64,000 nt of DNA. It comes from Eledone cirrhosa (Eukaryota). How positions within the stretch are numbered: the first letter of the stretch is position 1; every line of letters begins with the position of its first letter. A program made the position numbers and the translations under genes. Below the pieces are notes generated by a model. The model did not search any database. It had not been told where the DNA came from and was given only the letters and a program-made list of their open reading frames with translations. The stretch covers positions 288,610,001 to 288,674,000 of the forward strand of contig OZ024742.1 in assembly GCA_964016885.1 (NCBI GenBank), read 5' to 3'. Shown here one piece after another: positions 59,630 through 64,000 of the stretch.

Positions 59630-61779
59630 CGGGTACTCTATTACTGCGTGACGCCAGAAGTCACAGTCGTGTGTCATTGTCTTTGAGAGGTGTAATTGGG
59701 TAAGGTCGGCTTTTATCACCTCATCCCAGTCATCTTGGGTCTCCCCACTCCGCAGTTTCCATCAGCTTCTAGTGCTCTGCACCTTTTTATGCAGCTGTCA
59801 TCCTTCATACGCATCACATGTCCATACCAGCGCAACCGCCTCTTATGCTCAGTCTCTCTCTCAATTCATTTATGCTTTGTCGTTCACGTATATTACTGTT
59901 ACACATCCATCGGAGCATGCAGGCTTCGTTTCTCTCTAATCTCCGTAAGTCTTCCACCTTCAGCGCCCAGGTCTCACTACCATGCAACATCGCTGTTCGG
60001 ATACACGCATCATACAGTCTGCCTTTCATTCTGAGGTAGAGCATTTTGCAGCTAGCTGTGGTAGTAGTTCCCTAAACTTCTTCCATCCCGTTCTTACCCT
60101 AGTTATTGTACTTTCTGAACACCCACCTCCGCTGCTAATTCGGTCACCTAGGTAGCAGAAGCTGTCTACTGTTTCTACAGGGCCCTCCCAGAGATTGGTA
60201 GTACTTGTTTCCTGTGGCTGTTTGCTGCTTGCTGTCTCAGCACAGTTGCTGCATGTGAATCCTACATTCTTAATTAAGCTTCCTGAGATCCCGCTACATC
60301 TCTTGTGTACCCATTGTTTGCATTTGGGGCAGAGAATGGAGTTCCTACCTACACCTTTCCTACATACTGAGCAAGGCCATTTCCCTGAGGGGATCTGGGT
60401 TCTGTTTTCTCGTCTACTTACAAGGACCTTAGTCTTTGTCATGTTGACTTTGAGACCCTTTCTTTCTAGTCCCTGCTTCCAAGTTTGGAATTTATTCTCT
60501 AGTTCTACCATAGATTCAGCTATGAGTGCGAGGTCATCGGCATACAGGAGTTCCCATGGGCATCCGGTCTTAAACTCCTCCCTTATTGCCTGTAGGACTA
60601 TGATGAACAGGAGAGGGCTAAGAACAGAGCCCTGGTGGACCCCAACCTATACGCTAAATTCCTCGCTATACTCATTGCTAATCCTAACTTTGCTGACTGC
60701 TCCCCTATACATGGCTTGTACCACTTTCACAAGCCATCTCATCTACTCCTAGTTTTCTAAGAGCCCACCAGATTACAGCACGTGGAACTCTGTCAAAGGC
60801 TTACTCAAGGTCGACAAATGCCAAGTAGAGTGGCTTACTTTTAGCTAGGTACTTTTCCTGTAATTGCCTCACAAGGAAGAGGGCACCAGTGGTGCCTCTC
60901 CCTGGTACAAACCCAAATTGCATCTCGTCTATTTTCACCCGGTCCCTAATCAGCTGTGCTATAACTCGTTCTGTTACTTTCATGACCTGGTCCATCAACT
61001 TTATACCTCTATAGTTTCCTCTATCTAGTGCATCGCCTTTACCTTTGTAGCAGTTGACAATGATGCTACTGTACCAATCTAGTATTACCTGGTTAACGAT
61101 ACGTGTGGTTATAGTGTGACCTACAGACCCAGGTGCCTTCAGCATCTCGGCAGCTATACCCGATGGACCGGTTGCCTTCCCCATCTTCATATCTTTGATT
61201 GCGTTACTTACTACGCTGCTGCTGACTTGTACTGCTCGTCCCTCTATAGGGTCTATTTGGGGTAGAATCTCTTCTACCCATACATTCTCCTCATTTAGTA
61301 ATCTATCATAATGACTCTTCCATGTTTCTTTCTTCTCAGCACTTGTGAGGGCAAGCTCACCTTTATCATTCCGGATACACTTCTCTCCAATGACATCACA
61401 ACTATATCTGACACACTGCCTCGCAATCTTGAATACCTCCTGTTTCTGGTCCTCACGTTGCAAAACATGCTTGAATTTTCTATCCTCTGCTTCCCTCCTA
61501 GCTAAGTATACTTGTCGCCTAGCTTCCCTCTTGGTCTCTATGTAATGTACCCTGCTCCCCCCGTTCTTCCATTCTTTCCATGCCTGTCTCTTGGCCTTAA
61601 CTGCCTTATCTACCTTATTGTTCCACCACCAAGTCACTCTGCTCCTGCTTGAGGTCTTACTCCATCCACAGACCTCATCCGTCGCCTCTAGTAAATTATT
61701 TTTGTGGAACTCCCAGTTCTCTTCTACATTAAATGTCTCTATCTGTTATTCTTTACTGTCGTAGGCGTTGAGTAAAATA
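59630..61779 (-). pseudogene. Decayed RTE ORF (linker, reverse transcriptase, inserted PHD finger, C-terminal region)
   Basis: YADD lies at 60,533-60,544. In-frame stops occur at 60,801-60,803 (DLE*AFD), 60,647-60,649 and about 61,746. Frameshifts occur near 60,738, 60,040, 59,840 and 59,728. Confidence 0.9.
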
Positions 61780-64000
61780 TCTAGCATGGGGACATAATTG
61801 GTCGAGTGTGGGGATATAATTGGTCTACTGTGGGGATATAATTGGTCTACTGTGGGGATGTAATTGGTCGAGTGTGGCGTATAATTTGTCTACTATAGGG
61901 ACATAATTGGTTGAGTCTGGGGACATAATTTGTTGAGTGTGGGGATATAATTGGTCGAGTGTGGGATGTAATTGGTCTACTGTGGGGATATAATTGGTCT
62001 ACTGTAGTGATATAATTAGTCTACTATGGGGATATAATTGGTCGAGTGTGGGGATATAATTGTTCTACTGTGGGGATATAATTGGTTTAGTGTGGGGAAA
62101 TAATTGGTCTACTGTGGGGATAAAATTGCTCTACTGTGGGGATATAATTGGTCTAATGTGGGGTATAATTTTTGCTACTTTGGGATATAATTGGTCTAGT
62201 GTGGGATTATAATTGGTCTACTGTGGGGATATAATTGGTCTACTGTGGGGATATCACAGTGATCGAGTGTGGTGTATAATTTGTCTACTGTAGGGATATA
62301 ATTGATCGAGTGTGGGGATATAGTTGGTCAAGTGTGGGGTATAATTTGTCTACTGTGGGGATATAATTGGTCTACTGTGGGGGTATAATTGGTCTAGTAT
62401 GGGGATATAGTTGGTCGAGTGTGGGGATATAATTGGTCTACTGTGGGAATATAATTGGTCTAGTATGGGGACATAATTGGTCGAGTATGGGGATATAATT
62501 GGTCTATTGTGGGGATGTAATTGGTCTAGTATGGGGACATAATTGGTCTAGTATGGGGACATAATTGGTCGAGTATGGGGATATAATTGGTCTATTGTGG
62601 GCATATAATTGGTCTATTGTGGGGATATAATTGGTGTACTGTGGGGATGTAATTGGTCTACTGTGGGGATATCATTGGTCTAGTATGGGTACATAATTGG
62701 TCGAGTCTGGGCATATAATTGGTCTGCTGTGGGGATATAATTGGTCAAGTGTGGGGATGTAATTGGTCTACTGTGGGGATGTAATTGGTCTACTGTGGGG
62801 ATATAATTGGTTGAGTGTGGGGATATAATTGTTCTACTGTGGGGATATAATTGGTCTACTGTGGGGATATAATTGGTTGAGTGTGGGGATATAATTGTTC
62901 TACTGTGGGGATATAATTGGTTGAGTGTGGAAATATAATTGGCCTTCTGTCGGGATATAATTGGTCTACTGTGGGGGTATAATTGGTCTAGTATGGGGAT
63001 ATAATTGGTCGAGTGTGGGGATTTAATTGCTCTACTGTGGGGATATAATTGGTCTAATGTGGGGTATAATTTGTCTACTGTGGGGATATAATTGGTCTTC
63101 TGTGGGGATATAATTGGTCTACTGTGGGGATATTACTGGTCTACTGTGGGGTATAATTTGTCTACTGTGTGGATATAATTGGTCTAGTGTGGGGATATAA
63201 TTGGTCGAGTGTGGCGGTATAATTTGTCTAGTATGGGGATATAATTGGTTAGTGTGGGGATATAATTGGTCGAGTGTGGGGATATAATTGGTCTAGTATG
63301 GGGACATAATTGGTCGGGTGTGGGGATATGATTGGTCTACTGTAGGGATATAATTGGTCTACTGTGGGGATATAATTGGTCTACTGTGGGGATATAATTG
63401 ATCTACTGTCGGGATATAATTGGTCTAGTATGGGGACATAATTGGTCGAGTATGGGGATATAATTGGTCTATTGTGGGCATATAATTGGTCTACTGTGGG
63501 GATATAATTGGTCTATTGTAGGGATATAATTGTTCTACTGTGGGGATTAAATTGGTCTAGTGTGGGGATATAATTGGTCTACTGTGGGGATATAATTGTT
63601 CTAGTGTGTGGATATAATTGGTCTACTGTGGGGATATAATTGGTATAGTGTGGGGATATAATTGGTCTACTGTGGGGATATTATTGGTCTAGTGTGGGGA
63701 TATAATTGGTCTAGTGTGGGGATTTAATTGCTCTACTGTGGGGATATAATTGGTCTAATGTGGGGTATAGTTTGTCTATTATGGGGATATAAGTGGTCTA
63801 GTGTGGGGATATAACTGGTCTATTGTGGGGATATAGTTGGTCAAGTGTGGGGTATAATTTGTCTACTGTGGGGATATAATTGGTGCACTGTGGGGTATAA
63901 TTGGTCTAGTATGGGGATATAGTTGGTCGAGTGTGGGGATATAATTGGTCTATTGTGGGGATGTAATTACTCGAGCGTCGAAATATAATTGGCTTACTGT
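61780..64000. repeat. Satellite B, segment 3; runs off the right window edge
   Basis: The 22 bp monomer resumes at TCTAGCATGGGGACATAATTGG. Confidence 0.98.

Larger units (their letters stand above)
59312..61779 (-). mobile_element. 5'-truncated RTE-clade non-LTR retrotransposon (LINE), about 2.47 kb
   Basis: Minus-strand ORF fragments contain TWWWN, KGKGDALDRGNYRGIKL, QFGFVPGRGTT, FVDLE*AFD, GVHQGSVLSPLLF, YADD, FCYLG, LHGSETW and RRLRWYGHV. A 3' microsatellite tail is present (plus-strand (ATC)n at 59,312-59,331). No endonuclease domain is present. TCTA occurs at both junctions. Confidence 0.93.

Noticed and set aside
59387-61545. Plus-strand ORFs overlapping the LINE
   Set aside because: They are antisense shadows of the minus-strand RT coding sequence or its UTR.
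59312-61779. Active retrotransposon, or an RT-plus-repeat system (retron, telomerase-like or satellite-synthesising RT)
   Set aside because: The RT is a standard RTE type, 5'-truncated, without endonuclease and with multiple stops and frameshifts. I saw no satellite template sequence within it.
49733-64000. Telomeric repeat or TATA-box promoter array (GGGG, TATAAT)
   Set aside because: This is a 22 bp diverged monomer, not TTAGGG-like. TATAAT is simply part of the monomer.

Overview
This is eukaryotic (animal) genomic DNA, about 95% tandem repeat. Positions 1-~49,519 are a very homogeneous 43-45 bp satellite (satellite A: CTATAGTAGGTGGTGTACCAACAGTCACAGA followed by (CA)n), about 1,100 monomers with nested higher-order duplications. 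Positions ~49,733-64,000 are a more diverged 22 bp G/T-rich satellite (satellite B: GGTCTACTGTGGGGATATAATT). It is interrupted by a ~564 bp LTR-like insert and by a 5'-truncated, decayed RTE-clade LINE whose reverse transcriptase carries a PHD-type zinc finger. Between the two arrays is a ~213 bp unique island containing an intact 150 bp AG/GT-flanked coding exon (49,567-49,716) that the ORF track misses. It encodes the SNF2 ATPase Walker B region (ICDEGHRLKN) and best matches RAD54B. The whole window is therefore most likely two giant satellite-filled introns of a DNA-repair gene. The ORF-track entries inside the satellites are repeat artefacts. The RTE 3' end resembles octopus elements as I remember them, but the taxon cannot be established here.
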